The translations under genes were made by a program, and so were the position numbers. From Clostridiales bacterium (lineage in GTDB: Bacteria; Bacillota; Clostridia; Lachnospirales; JAQSXR01), in NCBI GenBank assembly GCA_029256575.1, contig JAQSXR010000002.1, positions 8,272 to 72,271 of the forward strand: a stretch of 64,000 nucleotides of DNA, written 5' to 3'. Shown here piece by piece: positions 11,673-22,800 of this stretch (position 1 is the first letter of the stretch; each line of letters starts with the position of its first letter). The notes beneath the pieces were generated by a model that had not been told where the DNA came from, did not search any database, and saw nothing but the letters and a program-made list of their open reading frames with translations.

Positions 11673-13211
11673 ATGAGTAAAAATAATACAATTTTAAAGG
11701 GTGCAATAATTCTTTCATTTGCTGGTATTATAACCAGACTACTTGGGTTTTTATACAGAGTATATTTAGCAAAAGTTATCGGAACTGAAGGTATGGGACT
11801 TTTCCAATTAGTAATACCTGTTTATATGGTGTGTCACACCACATGTACTACCGGAATTTTTGTAACTTGCTCAAAATTGATTGCTGCTGAAAACGGCAAA
11901 AATACCATAGAAAATTCAAGAAAAATAATCAGAATTGCAACATTAATTTCTGTTTCGATGGCAATCATAATTTCTTTTTTTGCTTTTAATTTATCCGGCT
12001 TTATATCAACATCACTACTCCATGAACCACGTACATATAATTCAATTAGAATATTGGCAATCTCTCTCCCATTTACCTCACTCGTTTCAATGGCTAAATC
12101 ATATTTTTATGGAACGAAAAACTCTGTAGAACCTGCTGTTTCACAGCTCTTTGAACAGATTGTTAAGATGGCTATTACATATAGTTTAGCATTGACATTT
12201 GCAAATAAAAATATGGAATTCACTTGTATGCTAGTAATTGTAGCTACATTTATCAGCGAAGTATTATCGGGTTTATTAGATTACATAATCTATTTCATTA
12301 AAAAACCAAAGATAAATTCCTCAAATATACAAAACCTCTCGAGTACAAAAAGTGTATTGAGCGATATTGCAAGATTAGCAACTCCTCTTACGATGAATAG
12401 ACTACTAATTACAATCTTATCAAGTATAGAGATCATATTAATACCATCCAGACTTCAAGTTTACGGGTTATCCACTTCAGGTTCCTTAAAAGTTTATGGA
12501 GCACTAACAGGAATGGCTTTTCCATTAATTCTTTTCCCTGCCGTCTTTACTGGTGCAATTTCTATGCTATTGTTGCCGAGCGTATCCGAAGCACAGGCAG
12601 CTAATAAAAGTAGCTCGATAAAATACACAGCATCAAAAACAATACAACTTAGTCTAATTATAGGCATTTTTAGTTGCTCTGTATTCTTATTTTTCGGCCA
12701 AAAGCTTGGATGGCTAACCTTTCGCAATATTGAAGTCGGGCAATACTTAACTATTCTTGCTTGGATTTGCCCACTAATGTATATAGAAGGCACTCTAGTT
12801 AGTATATTAAACGGACTTGGCGAAACCTTCAAAACCTTTAAACATTCGCTAACAAGTGCAATTATTAAAATAGCGTTCATATTCTTTGCAATCCCAGTCT
12901 TCGGTATAAAAGCTTATTTATGGGGTCTATTAGTTGGGCACCTTATATCATGTGCACTTAATTTACGAACAATTCAACACATAACAAAATTAGAACTTGA
13001 TGTAAATTCATTTTTAGTTAAGCCTATACTATCTGCTGTTTTCTCTGCGGCAGTAATAAAATTACTGTATTTACAAGTTACATCTAAACTTGGAGAAAAT
13101 CTAACAACACTTTTATTAAGTTGCTTACTAATGTGTCTCCTCTACTTTGTCTCACTAATAATGCTAAAAGCAGTATCAAAAAATGACTTAAGAAGGATAA
13201 AACGAATGTAA
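11673..13211 (+). CDS. spoVB: Stage V sporulation protein B / MOP-superfamily flippase
   Basis: 512-aa protein with roughly 14 TM segments. The N-terminus (LKGAIILSFAGIITRLLGFLYRVYLAKVIGTEGMGLFQL) is typical of SpoVB/MurJ-like flippases. Confidence 0.7.
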   Translation: MSKNNTILKGAIILSFAGIITRLLGFLYRVYLAKVIGTEGMGLFQLVIPVYMVCHTTCTTGIFVTCSKLIAAENGKNTIENSRKIIRIATLISVSMAIIISFFAFNLSGFISTSLLHEPRTYNSIRILAISLPFTSLVSMAKSYFYGTKNSVEPAVSQLFEQIVKMAITYSLALTFANKNMEFTCMLVIVATFISEVLSGLLDYIIYFIKKPKINSSNIQNLSSTKSVLSDIARLATPLTMNRLLITILSSIEIILIPSRLQVYGLSTSGSLKVYGALTGMAFPLILFPAVFTGAISMLLLPSVSEAQAANKSSSIKYTASKTIQLSLIIGIFSCSVFLFFGQKLGWLTFRNIEVGQYLTILAWICPLMYIEGTLVSILNGLGETFKTFKHSLTSAIIKIAFIFFAIPVFGIKAYLWGLLVGHLISCALNLRTIQHITKLELDVNSFLVKPILSAVFSAAVIKLLYLQVTSKLGENLTTLLLSCLLMCLLYFVSLIMLKAVSKNDLRRIKRM

Positions 13212-13231
13212 CCCGAGTGATAACAACGGGT

Positions 13232-13328
13232 GATACAATGGGGACGGTTCTTTTTGTATCATAGTGATACAATGGGGACGGTTCTTTTTGTATCATAGTG
13301 ATACAAAAAGAACCGTCCCCATTGTATT
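13232..13328. terminator. Bidirectional terminator built from three copies of a 29-bp module (two direct, one inverted)
   Basis: GATACAATGGGGACGGTTCTTTTTGTATC occurs at 13232-13260 and 13266-13294, and its reverse complement at 13300-13328. Modules are separated by ATAGT. The site lies between the convergent spoVB and rluF genes. Confidence 0.85.
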
Positions 13329-14076
13329 ATTTTTTAGATCCACTGATTCTTTGATTAATCTCTAGAAGTTCTTTTGGAGTTAGATTTCTCCATTGACCTT
13401 CTTTTAATGTACCCAATGCAATATTCATTATTCTTACTCTTACTAATTGAGTTACTTCAAACCCTAGATATTCACACATCCTTCGGATTTGGCGATTAAG
13501 CCCTTGTTCAAGAATAATTCTAAATACTTGTTTACCTTCCCTTTTTACAAAACACTTTTTCGTAATCGTCTCTAGTATTGGTACTCCATTTGCCATTTTC
13601 CTTATAAAATCATCTGTTATCGGTTTATTTACTGTAACGACATACTCTTTTTCATGCCCGTTTCTCGCCCTTAATATTTTATTAACAATATCACCATCAT
13701 TCGTCATTAGGATAAGTCCTTGTGAATCTTTATCTAATCTTCCAATTGGATATATTCTTTTCTCATGTCCTACAAAATCAACAATATTTCCTTTAACCGA
13801 AAGATCCGTCGTGCATGTTATTCCGACTGGTTTATTTAGAGCAATATATACATTTACATCGTTTCCTGTTGGCAATGGTTTTCTATTAACAAATACTTTT
13901 TGACCAGGCTTTACTTTAGTTCCCATTGGAGCAATTTCTCCATCAATCGTTACTTTTTTATTTGCAATCAGCTCATCCGCTTCGCGTCTAGAACACAAAC
14001 CCGAATCTGCTATATACTTATTTAATCTTATTTCTTCTCTAGCCTCGTGTTTAATTATTGGTTGTTTTCTAGGCAT
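13327..14076 (-). CDS. rluF: RsuA/RluF-family rRNA pseudouridine synthase
   Basis: 249 aa with an N-terminal S4 domain ([17 protein letters not shown]) and the catalytic [10 protein letters not shown] motif. Confidence 0.75.
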   Translation of the reverse strand: MPRKQPIIKHEAREEIRLNKYIADSGLCSRREADELIANKKVTIDGEIAPMGTKVKPGQKVFVNRKPLPTGNDVNVYIALNKPVGITCTTDLSVKGNIVDFVGHEKRIYPIGRLDKDSQGLILMTNDGDIVNKILRARNGHEKEYVVTVNKPITDDFIRKMANGVPILETITKKCFVKREGKQVFRIILEQGLNRQIRRMCEYLGFEVTQLVRVRIMNIALGTLKEGQWRNLTPKELLEINQRISGSKK

Positions 14077-14105
14077 AGTACATTTCTCCTTTATTTGCCG
14101 ACGTT

Positions 14106-15026
14106 CTATTTACCTATTTTATCAATCGAATATGGTGTTGCTTGGTATACATAATAATTTAACCAATTTGTAAATAGAATATTTGAGTGACTTCTCCAAG
14201 TAAGTACAGGAATCTTTTGAGGATTATCCTCCGGAAAATAATTTACAGGTACTTTTATATCAAGTCCCTTGCTGCTATCTCTAAAGTATTCATTCCCTAA
14301 GGTAAATAAATCATATTCTGAATGCCCTGTAACATATATCTGTCTTCCATTATTCGCTAGCGAAATATACATTCCTGCTTCATCTGATTCAGCAACAACT
14401 TCTAATTCTTTGCAATTCTCCACATCTTCATTACACACTCCCGTATGTCTTGAATGTGGTGCTAAGAAACATTCATCAAAGCCCCTGAGTAGCGGAACTG
14501 TAGAGTCCAATACTTTATGTGAAAATACACCAAACATTTTATTTTGTAATTGTACTTTATTTACTCCATGATGATAATACAAACCTGCTTGTGCACCCCA
14601 ACATATATGTAAAGTTGATGTCACATTTTCTTCACTCCAACTCATTATTTCCGTTAATTCTGTCCAATAAGTTACTTCTTCAAAAGGAAGTTGCTCAACA
14701 GGGGCCCCCGTTATTATCATTCCATCAAACTTTCTAGCCTTAATTTCATTAAATGTACAATAGAAAGCTAGTAGATGATCTTGTGACGTATTTCTTGACT
14801 GGTGTGACTCCATATGCATAAGCGTTACTTCTACTTGGAGGGGACTATTTGATAATGCTCTAATTAGCTGAGTTTCAGTTTCTTGCTTTACTGGCATTAG
14901 ATTTAATATAAGAATTTGAAGAGGACGGATGTCTTGTTCAACTGCCCTCTTTTCATCCATTATAAAAATATTTTCATTCTGTAATATTTTTTTCGCTGGT
15001 AAGTCATTTGCAATTTTTATCGGCAT
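14106..15026 (-). CDS. metA: Homoserine O-acyltransferase (MetA)
   Basis: 306 aa with the MPIKI N-terminus and LILNLMP motif. Overall pattern fits MetA. Confidence 0.9.
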   Translation of the reverse strand: MPIKIANDLPAKKILQNENIFIMDEKRAVEQDIRPLQILILNLMPVKQETETQLIRALSNSPLQVEVTLMHMESHQSRNTSQDHLLAFYCTFNEIKARKFDGMIITGAPVEQLPFEEVTYWTELTEIMSWSEENVTSTLHICWGAQAGLYYHHGVNKVQLQNKMFGVFSHKVLDSTVPLLRGFDECFLAPHSRHTGVCNEDVENCKELEVVAESDEAGMYISLANNGRQIYVTGHSEYDLFTLGNEYFRDSSKGLDIKVPVNYFPEDNPQKIPVLTWRSHSNILFTNWLNYYVYQATPYSIDKIGK

Positions 15027-15042
15027 AATTTATTCTCCTATA

Positions 15043-15390
15043 CTAATCTAGTTTTTGCTGTTCTCTTTCTTTCCTGATTTTTTCCATTTCAGAAAGATAA
15101 TTAATCTGGACATTTGTTTTACCCTCAAATATTTCATCTATAATAAATCTTCTTGAGCTTTTGTTAAAACGACTAACTAGTCTTTTAAATTCTTCTTGAT
15201 CGATTTGCTTTGCAGTTTTACACTTAGGACATATGATTACATAACTTTCACTCTGAGGCCATATAGGAATTATTAGCATTGTATACCAATCCGTTATTTT
15301 CATTAATAAAGCATCTACTTCAATATTACATTCCGTACAGAAATATTTGCAAATAAATCCATACTTTTTTATAGTCCTTAATTTTATCAT
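15043..15390 (-). CDS. Zinc-ribbon domain protein (hypothetical)
   Basis: 115 aa with CTEC and CPKC pairs flanking a short hydrophobic WYTMLIIPIWP segment, and a basic/acidic C-terminal tail. Confidence 0.5.
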   Translation of the reverse strand: MIKLRTIKKYGFICKYFCTECNIEVDALLMKITDWYTMLIIPIWPQSESYVIICPKCKTAKQIDQEEFKRLVSRFNKSSRRFIIDEIFEGKTNVQINYLSEMEKIRKEREQQKLD

Positions 15391-15405
15391 AATAATACCT
15401 CTTAT

Positions 15406-17373
15406 CTATTCTGAGAGGGTGGTTAACATATTAGAAAAAGTATCTTCGCTGATGATTTTAACCCCAAGTTCTTTTGCCTTCTTATTTTTTGATGAGTTTG
15501 ATGTTATGTCATTATTTATTAAGTATGTTGTACTTGATGAGATTGCACCCGTTACTTTCCCACCCAAAGACTCAATATGATCTTTAAGGGCATTTCTATT
15601 TTCATAGTTTAATAATGATCCAGTAATAACAAAAACTTGATCCTTTAATATTTGTGAATCTTCATCTACAGTTTCAGTCTCAATATCAACTTCCTTTAAT
15701 AGATTGTCTACCATAATGTTATTTTTTTCTATAGAAAAATAATGGTATATCGTGTTTGCTATAATTTCACCAAAACCTTGAATTAATAATAACTCATTTC
15801 GTGTAGCTTTTCTAATATTAATTAAATTATTATTAAAATATTTACATAGAAGTTTTGCGTTGGACAATCCTACATTTTGAATCCCTAAACTATAAATAAA
15901 ATTAGATAATTTTACTTTTCTTGATTTTTCAATTGATTTTATTAACTTATCATATGATTTTTGACCAAATCCTTTTAGTACTATTATTTTATCATTATAC
16001 TGTGATATTTTATATATATCATCAAGTTCCTTAATGTATTCTTCATCAATAAATTTTTCTAAAGTAGCTTCTGATAAGCCTTCTATATTCATAGCATCTC
16101 TAGAAACAAAATGAGCAAATGCTTTTACGATCTTTGCTTGGCAAAAATCATTTGTGCAAAATAATAATTTAACCTCTGTATCTTGTCGTATATCAGTTTC
16201 GCCTCCACAGGAAGGACACTCATGTGGGTATTTATCAACACCACTTCTTGTTAAATTATCTGCTATCTGAGGAATAATCATGTTTGCTTTATAAACAGTT
16301 ATCGTATCTCCTTTTCCAAGTTCCAAATCTTCTAATATACTCAAATTATGAAGACTTGCCCTAGAAACAGTCGTACCTTCTAATTCAACTGGTTCAAAAA
16401 CTGCAATTGGATTAATTGTTCCAGTTCTTGATGTACTCCACTCAATATAGTTAAGTGTTGTTTCTCTTTGTTCATCAACCCATTTAAAAGCAATCGAATG
16501 TTTTGGAAATTTAGATGTTTTACCTAAGCTACTTGAAAAGATTAAATCATTGTATGTTAAAACTAAGCCATCTGAAGCAATGTCATTATTCTTAATTTTT
16601 TCACTAAAATCTTTTACAGAATCAGCGATATTTTGACCATTTACCAAAACATATTCAACTACTTCAAATCCTTGATTTTTAAGCCAAATAAATTGATCTT
16701 CTTTTGTAGTTAACTCATCTAGACCGTCAGCTTTTACCAATTGAAATGCAAAAAAATTAACATTCCTTTTTGCAGTTATTTCATTATTTAATTGCCTTAC
16801 TGAACCGCTACAAAGATTCCTAGGGTTTTTATATTTTTCTTCCTCAAGTTCAATTTTATCATTTATTTTAATAAAATCAGAGTACTTTATTACAGCTTCA
16901 CCTCTAATTATTACTTCCCCTTGATGATGTATCTTTAATGGAATGTTTCGAAATACTTTCGCATTGTTAGTAACAACTTCACCAACATCACCATTTCCTC
17001 TTGTAACTGCCTTTACCAAAATTCCATTTATATATGTTAATACCAATGTAAGACCATCTAATTTCCAAGATAACAAACCTTCTTTATCCTTCAAAAATTC
17101 AGTAAGCGCTTCTATTTCTTTTGTCTTATCCAAAGATAACATTCTTTCACTATGTGCCTCTTTCGGTAATTCAGTTAACAATTCATAACCTACCTGTTTT
17201 GTTGGTGAATACGCAAGTTCAAAGCCAGTTTGTCGTTCAAGATCAACTAGCTCATCATATAACTTATCATAATCAAAATTACTCATCAACTCTCTATCTT
17301 CTTGTTCATAAACTTTTCTTGCTTCATTTAAAATTGTTACCAATTCTTTGATTCTGGTAATCTTAGTATCCAC
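15406..17373 (-). CDS. ligA: NAD-dependent DNA ligase
   Basis: 655 aa with the adenylation motif WKLDGL, a Zn finger (CPSCGG...C..C), HhH repeats and a C-terminal BRCT domain. GTG start behind GGAGGAAG. Confidence 0.95.
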   Translation of the reverse strand: MDTKITRIKELVTILNEARKVYEQEDRELMSNFDYDKLYDELVDLERQTGFELAYSPTKQVGYELLTELPKEAHSERMLSLDKTKEIEALTEFLKDKEGLLSWKLDGLTLVLTYINGILVKAVTRGNGDVGEVVTNNAKVFRNIPLKIHHQGEVIIRGEAVIKYSDFIKINDKIELEEEKYKNPRNLCSGSVRQLNNEITAKRNVNFFAFQLVKADGLDELTTKEDQFIWLKNQGFEVVEYVLVNGQNIADSVKDFSEKIKNNDIASDGLVLTYNDLIFSSSLGKTSKFPKHSIAFKWVDEQRETTLNYIEWSTSRTGTINPIAVFEPVELEGTTVSRASLHNLSILEDLELGKGDTITVYKANMIIPQIADNLTRSGVDKYPHECPSCGGETDIRQDTEVKLLFCTNDFCQAKIVKAFAHFVSRDAMNIEGLSEATLEKFIDEEYIKELDDIYKISQYNDKIIVLKGFGQKSYDKLIKSIEKSRKVKLSNFIYSLGIQNVGLSNAKLLCKYFNNNLINIRKATRNELLLIQGFGEIIANTIYHYFSIEKNNIMVDNLLKEVDIETETVDEDSQILKDQVFVITGSLLNYENRNALKDHIESLGGKVTGAISSSTTYLINNDITSNSSKNKKAKELGVKIISEDTFSNMLTTLSE

Positions 17374-17467
17374 TTTAACTTCCTCCGAAACGCAAAAATA
17401 TATACTATCATCAGTATACCCAACAATAGTATATATCTTTTTGCTAATAGTTTCAACATATCAATTG

Positions 17468-17641
17468 TCATTTACTCTCAGAACAACACGAAGCATCAAG
17501 ATAATCTACTTTTGTGTTTGTCAGTTCTTGATACTCACATGTACTGATTTTCCCCCCGGTGTATATATTATCAGCATAATCCACGAACAATTGAGCCATC
17601 TGTAGCAAAGAAGTTTGTTCTTGTACAGTTTCGACTATCAT
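17468..17641 (-). CDS. Small hypothetical protein (57 aa)
   Basis: ATG at 17641 is preceded by GGGAGGGAAACT. No family was recognised. Confidence 0.35.
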   Translation of the reverse strand: MIVETVQEQTSLLQMAQLFVDYADNIYTGGKISTCEYQELTNTKVDYLDASCCSESK

Positions 17642-17773
17642 AGTTTCCCTCCCTATTTTATGCATTTCACTATAATAAACTGATTACACATCAATATTAA
17701 TAGTTGATATCCATTTTTATTGCTGCAAGTTATAATAAATGCATTATCTTACTATTAAATAGTATACCATTTA

Positions 17774-18334
17774 TTACAATTTTATACATTTTATTATCCT
17801 AAAAATAGTAGATTTACTAATTTTTAGAGTTTGAGTAATATCACTTATCGAATAAATCTTAGCGTTTATTAACTCTTGTATTAAATCCTGCCTCATAATT
17901 TTGTCATTTGCATTGTTAGGAAAAATAAGCCTATCAATTGGAATAAGCTTTTTCATTGCGTAAAATAAAATGTGATTATAAAGTTTTTCTTCGTTTTGAG
18001 TTGTGTTAGAAATTTCAGAAATGTAGTTAGAATAATATTGATGTTTTTCTTTAGATTCGATTAGAATATTTTTGAAACGCTGTTTGAAAACTCGCCCTTG
18101 TCTAAGATGTCTTCTGTTATAATACTTTGCAAATGAGCCGTTAATACCTCTCATTACATTTGTTAAGTTTCCAGAATCCCCTTCAATCAGCATACACATC
18201 TTTTCATTTGTAAAGTTATGTTTTAGAACTTTACAAACATAATCGACCTTACTTTCAAAAATTTTAATGTACTTTTTCTTATCCTCGATATCATTGATTC
18301 TTTTCTCTACCCAATCATACTCAAGGTAGTACAC
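17774..18334 (-). CDS. IS200/RayT-like (Y1 transposase superfamily) protein with C-terminal HTH; degenerate, start uncertain
   Basis: Segment FAKYYNRRHLRQGRVFKQRFKNILIE matches the conserved post-HUH region of Y1_Tnp/REP-associated transposases. The HUH position reads CMLIE. The C-terminal helix-turn-helix is ISDITQTLKISKSTIFRII. Confidence 0.4.
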   Translation of the reverse strand: MYYLEYDWVEKRINDIEDKKKYIKIFESKVDYVCKVLKHNFTNEKMCMLIEGDSGNLTNVMRGINGSFAKYYNRRHLRQGRVFKQRFKNILIESKEKHQYYSNYISEISNTTQNEEKLYNHILFYAMKKLIPIDRLIFPNNANDKIMRQDLIQELINAKIYSISDITQTLKISKSTIFRIIKCIKL

Positions 18335-18526
18335 TCTTTTGTTATTATCCCATTTTTCTATTTAACATCCCTCCCCTTTATTTTATATTATGTTATTATA
18401 TGTCGCAATATCTTTCCATCGCATAATTCGACATATTTCGACATTTTTACATTACCTTGGAAAGGTTTACATAACAAATGCCTTATTATTCAAACTTGTG
18501 CCTATGATAATATATTTCTAACTATC

Positions 18527-18622
18527 TTACATACCGAGTAAATCAAAAAGTATCGCAATAAACGAACCAAAAAATAATAATAAACCTAATCCAAATCCTC
18601 TTCTAGTACTCATCATTATCAT
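18527..18622 (-). CDS. Candidate small hydrophobic membrane peptide (31 aa; absent from the ORF track)
   Basis: RBS GGAAGGAG precedes the ORF. Translation is MIMMSTRRGFGLGLLLFFGSFIAILFDLLGM, giving a single predicted TM helix. Confidence 0.3.
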   Translation of the reverse strand: MIMMSTRRGFGLGLLLFFGSFIAILFDLLGM

Positions 18623-18794
18623 GTCTCCTTCCTATTATTTTCTATGTAAGATATATTGATTATAGTGTGTGATTATGTAAAACTTACTTTTGATACTATA
18701 ATCATATATTAATATTATAAACTTTTTCGAATTAAATCACAATACTAATATGTTAAATTATGGATATATTAGTTTTAAGCATTGCTATAAAAAA

Positions 18795-18835
18795 TCCTCC
18801 TATTAATCGTAAATTCATTACGATTAATAGGAGGA
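18795..18835. terminator. Bidirectional rho-independent terminator downstream of yebC
   Basis: An 18-bp perfect stem (18795-18812 / 18818-18835) is flanked by A-runs on both sides. Confidence 0.85.
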
Positions 18836-18927
18836 AAAAAATGTACTCCTAAGCGATGTAAATTATCACCAAGAACCTTATAAATGGTTATACTTTTATG
18901 TTATATAATTATTCTTGACTAATTATT

Positions 18928-19659
18928 TTATTGATTTTCCCAGTTATGATAGTAAGCTTGAACGTCATCATCTTCGTCAAGTAAATCTATTAATTTATTC
19001 ATTTTCTTTATATCTTCATCAGTAGTTAATTCTGTCCAAGTCTGTGGTATCATAGTTACTTCTGCTTGAATTGGTTTAAGTCCGGCAGCGATTAATTTGT
19101 CATATACTTCGCTAAAATTATCAGGGTCAGTAGTTATCTCATAACTATCTTCTTCTGAAGCAAAGTCCTCTGCTCCTGCATCTAGAGCTATCATCATAAG
19201 TTCATCTTCTTCAATATCAACTTCTTCTTTGTCAAAGATGATTTGTCCTTTTTTATCAAACAAAAATGATACACATCCTGATGTTCCCATATTACCGCCA
19301 CCCTTAGTATATGCATTCCTTACATTAGAAGCTGTTCTGTTTTTATTATCAGTTAACGCTTCTACTATTATTGCAATACCATTTGGTCCATATCCTTCAT
19401 ACACAACAAATTCATAATTTACAGCATTCATATCCCCTGCTGCTTTTTTGATACTTCTATCAATCGTATCGTTAGGCATATTGTTAGACTTCGCTTTTGC
19501 TATAATATCTTTTAATCTGCTGTTACCATTTGGATCTGCTCCACCATCTTTAACAGCCACTGCTATTTCTCTACCTATTCTTGTGAACATTTTACCTTTT
19601 TGTGAATCATTTCTTTCTTTTTTATGCTTAATATTAGCAAACTTTGAATGACCTGACAT
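18928..19659 (-). CDS. yebC: YebC/PmpR-family transcriptional regulator
   Basis: N-terminus MSGHSKFANIKHKK is typical of the family. Start was chosen behind GAGGAGATCCATT. Confidence 0.9.
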   Translation of the reverse strand: MSGHSKFANIKHKKERNDSQKGKMFTRIGREIAVAVKDGGADPNGNSRLKDIIAKAKSNNMPNDTIDRSIKKAAGDMNAVNYEFVVYEGYGPNGIAIIVEALTDNKNRTASNVRNAYTKGGGNMGTSGCVSFLFDKKGQIIFDKEEVDIEEDELMMIALDAGAEDFASEEDSYEITTDPDNFSEVYDKLIAAGLKPIQAEVTMIPQTWTELTTDEDIKKMNKLIDLLDEDDDVQAYYHNWENQ

Positions 19660-19751
19660 AATGGATCTCCTCATAAAATCATAATATATATTTTAACTTA
19701 TTTTATCACGATAAAATCTATTTTACAAGTACGGGTTATATGTATCCATGC

Positions 19752-19788
19752 AAAAGAGATATAGGGGATTTATCCTCTATATCTCTTT
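19752..19788 (-). terminator. Terminator downstream of the amylopullulanase gene
   Basis: Imperfect ~17-bp stem (AAAAGAGATATAGGGGA / TCCTCTATATCTCTTTT) with a T-run on the minus strand. Confidence 0.7.
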
Positions 19789-19869
19789 TGTTGCATACTT
19801 TAATTAATACTTAAAATTAATTAGTTTTAACATATACTTTTGCTAATTAATATTATTTGTTCCATTTTA

Positions 19870-22800
19870 TTAATTAAATTTCCCTACCTTTTCCAACAAG
19901 TTGAAAATAACTTTACTTGCTGATGCTCTATCTAAATTACTCTTTGGATCAAACTCATTTTCGCCTGTTCCATTAATTAATTTGAGTACTTTAGCTAAGT
20001 TTACATAATTTAATGCCCAAGTACTGATTTTGTTCTTATCTTCAAATGAAGTAATACCTTGAGTACTTATTGTGTTTAAATCAATGTTTGCAATCTTTGC
20101 ATATGCATCAATTATTACTTTTGTCATTTCTTCCCTTGTAATATAGTCGTTTGGTCTGAATTTTCCATTGTTTCCAACCATAATACCTTGTTTCGAAACT
20201 ATCGCAATACTTTGAGCGTAATATGCATTTTTACTTACATCCGAGAATTCATTTGTATATGCTACATCATTAATTCCTAAAGTCTTAGCAATTAGTACTG
20301 CAAATTCTGCACGTGTAATTGTTGCTTGAGGTTTAAATGTATCAGCTGATATACCTGAAATTATGCCACGTGCTGCAAGTACTTCAATATATTGTTGAGC
20401 CCAAGTTCCTTGAACATCTATAAATGATTTATGATTCTCAACAATTACGTATTTACTTAAGTGATTTGTTGTAAATTCTAATCCAGCATCTGTTAATTTT
20501 CCACCCATATTAGTGAAATTTCCTTCATCATCAATATAGAATACTACTAATTTAAGTTTATTTTTAACTTTTGCTAAATCGTCATTTGATACTGGGATAG
20601 TAATTGTTAATAATGCTTTAAAGTTTGTTAATTGTGTAGACACATTGTTACCATCAACTTCAAAAACATTGATATCTACAATGTTACCCACTTTCGCTAT
20701 ACCATCTCCACTAACGGCATCATTCGAAGGTTTAATATCTAGAATAATTTTACTTCCTGTTTTTATGTCTTTTAGTATTGATGCAGGTACATTGATAATT
20801 GCGTTACTTGTTACAACATCAAGTGATAAATTATTTGAATTAAGTGTATCAATTACCTGTTTACTTAATTCAATTTTACCAGTTTGAGAACCTTCTAGAG
20901 GCTTGATTGTTATTGTATTTGATTCATTATCAAATTCAACGCCCACTTTATAGAAGAGCTCTTCAATCTGATTTTCTAGATTTTTATCTGCCTCAGATGA
21001 TTTACTTATTACATTAACAGTAATTTCTTTGCTAATACTTCCAACTTTAATTGTTACTGTTGCAGTACCGACTGATTTCGCCATTAACTTTCCATTTAAA
21101 TATTCTACTACAGCACTATTACTTTCTACTGTAATCGTTGGATTCGTAATAGCATTACCAAATTGATCCTTTACAACAATATTAATAGCTAGTTCATCGT
21201 TTCGTTCTAGACTAATATTAACTTGTTCTACTTCTATAGTTGTTGGAACTGGGATTAATAGTTCAGCAATCTTAGCTTCTAGTAAAGCGATTTTTTCTTC
21301 ACCTTCCACGATTGCATTTGCATCTAAAGCTTTTACTTCTGCTACTAATGCTTTCGCGTCAGCTACTGCTTGCTTGTTTGCAATTGCAACAGTTTCCACT
21401 GTAGGTAATGAATTAATTGCATTTTTTGCTGCTAATATAGCTGCTGCTAGTTTTTCTGCTGCTAGTTTTTCTTTTTCTAATTCTGTAATCTTTGTTTCTG
21501 CTGCTATTAATACATTTATGTTTGTTACTTGCAATTGTTGCTCTACTGACAAGCTAGTAAATGCACTTCTTACTGATTCTATCTCTACTTTGTTTTGTAG
21601 TGTTATTTCGATAGGAAGAGTAGCAATCATATTTACTTTTTTGTCTGCCCCAACTATATACGTAATATCTTCATTAAATATATCTTTAAGTTTTGTACCT
21701 ACCTCATACGAAGTTGTTAATGTTGTTTCTTTCACTGTAGTTCTCGTATTAAGAGCCACTAATAAATCTTTGCCTTCATAGCTTCTTTCGAATATTAAAT
21801 ATCCCTCAGCGTCACTACCTGCAAAGTTACTTCTACTACCTTTTGCAAATACTTTGCTATAGTCTGCTCTAGACCAATCTAAATCTATTCTATTGTCATA
21901 ATCTGGCCAAACGCTAGTTCCTGATGCTCCTATTTCTTCACCATAATAAATAACAGGTTGACCCTTTGCAGTAATTTGTAATGAAGCTGCAAGCATCATT
22001 TTGTTTGCATCATTTCCAAGTGTTGACACTAAGTAACCATTTTCATCATGGCTGCTTAAGAATTGACCGAGTGTTCCAACATTGGAAATTGTTACATTTC
22101 TTGCTTCTAATAAAGCTTCTGCTTCTGTAAGCTTTCCACTTACAACAAATTTACTTACTATATCATTGAAACCAAAATCAATTGCTGAATCCATTTGACC
22201 ATTATTTAAATATGAATTAATCTTTGCTTCATCAGCCCAAATTTCACCAATCATCTTAAAAGCAGGATTTGTTTCAGTTAAAGCAGCTTTAAATTGAATT
22301 AATGTTTCGTGGTCAACATGCTTTGCTGTATCAACTCTAAAGTAATCAATTTTATTTCCATTTGCTGTTGTAAGCGCAGCCCAAGCTACTTGCCATTCAA
22401 TTACTTTACTACGAACTAATTGATCCTCTGTTTTAAAGTCTGGCAAACCAGCTAGACTCATAGTTTCATCGTCACTACCGCTAGTTGTTCTAAACATGTC
22501 TATGAAATCTGGGTTAGTAGTATCATATCCTGCATGATTAATTACGACGTCAACCATTAATTTCATTCCTCTAGAATGCGCCTCATCAATTAGCGTTTCA
22601 AGTTCTGCTTTTGTTCCTAAATATGGGTTAAGTTTTGTAAAGTCATTCGCCCAATATCCATGGTAAGCATAGTATTCACTATCCACTGCAGCATCACAAT
22701 CAAGAGTAATGTTTTCAACTATTGGAGTAATCCATATTGTATTTATACCTAGATCTTTTAAATAGTCTAATTTATCAGTAACCCCTTTGAAGTCACCACC

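Noticed and set aside
17774-18334. Active IS200/IS605-type mobile element
   Set aside because: There is no HUH motif, no tnpB partner, and no flanking subterminal hairpins or repeats. It is treated as a degenerate or domesticated homolog only.
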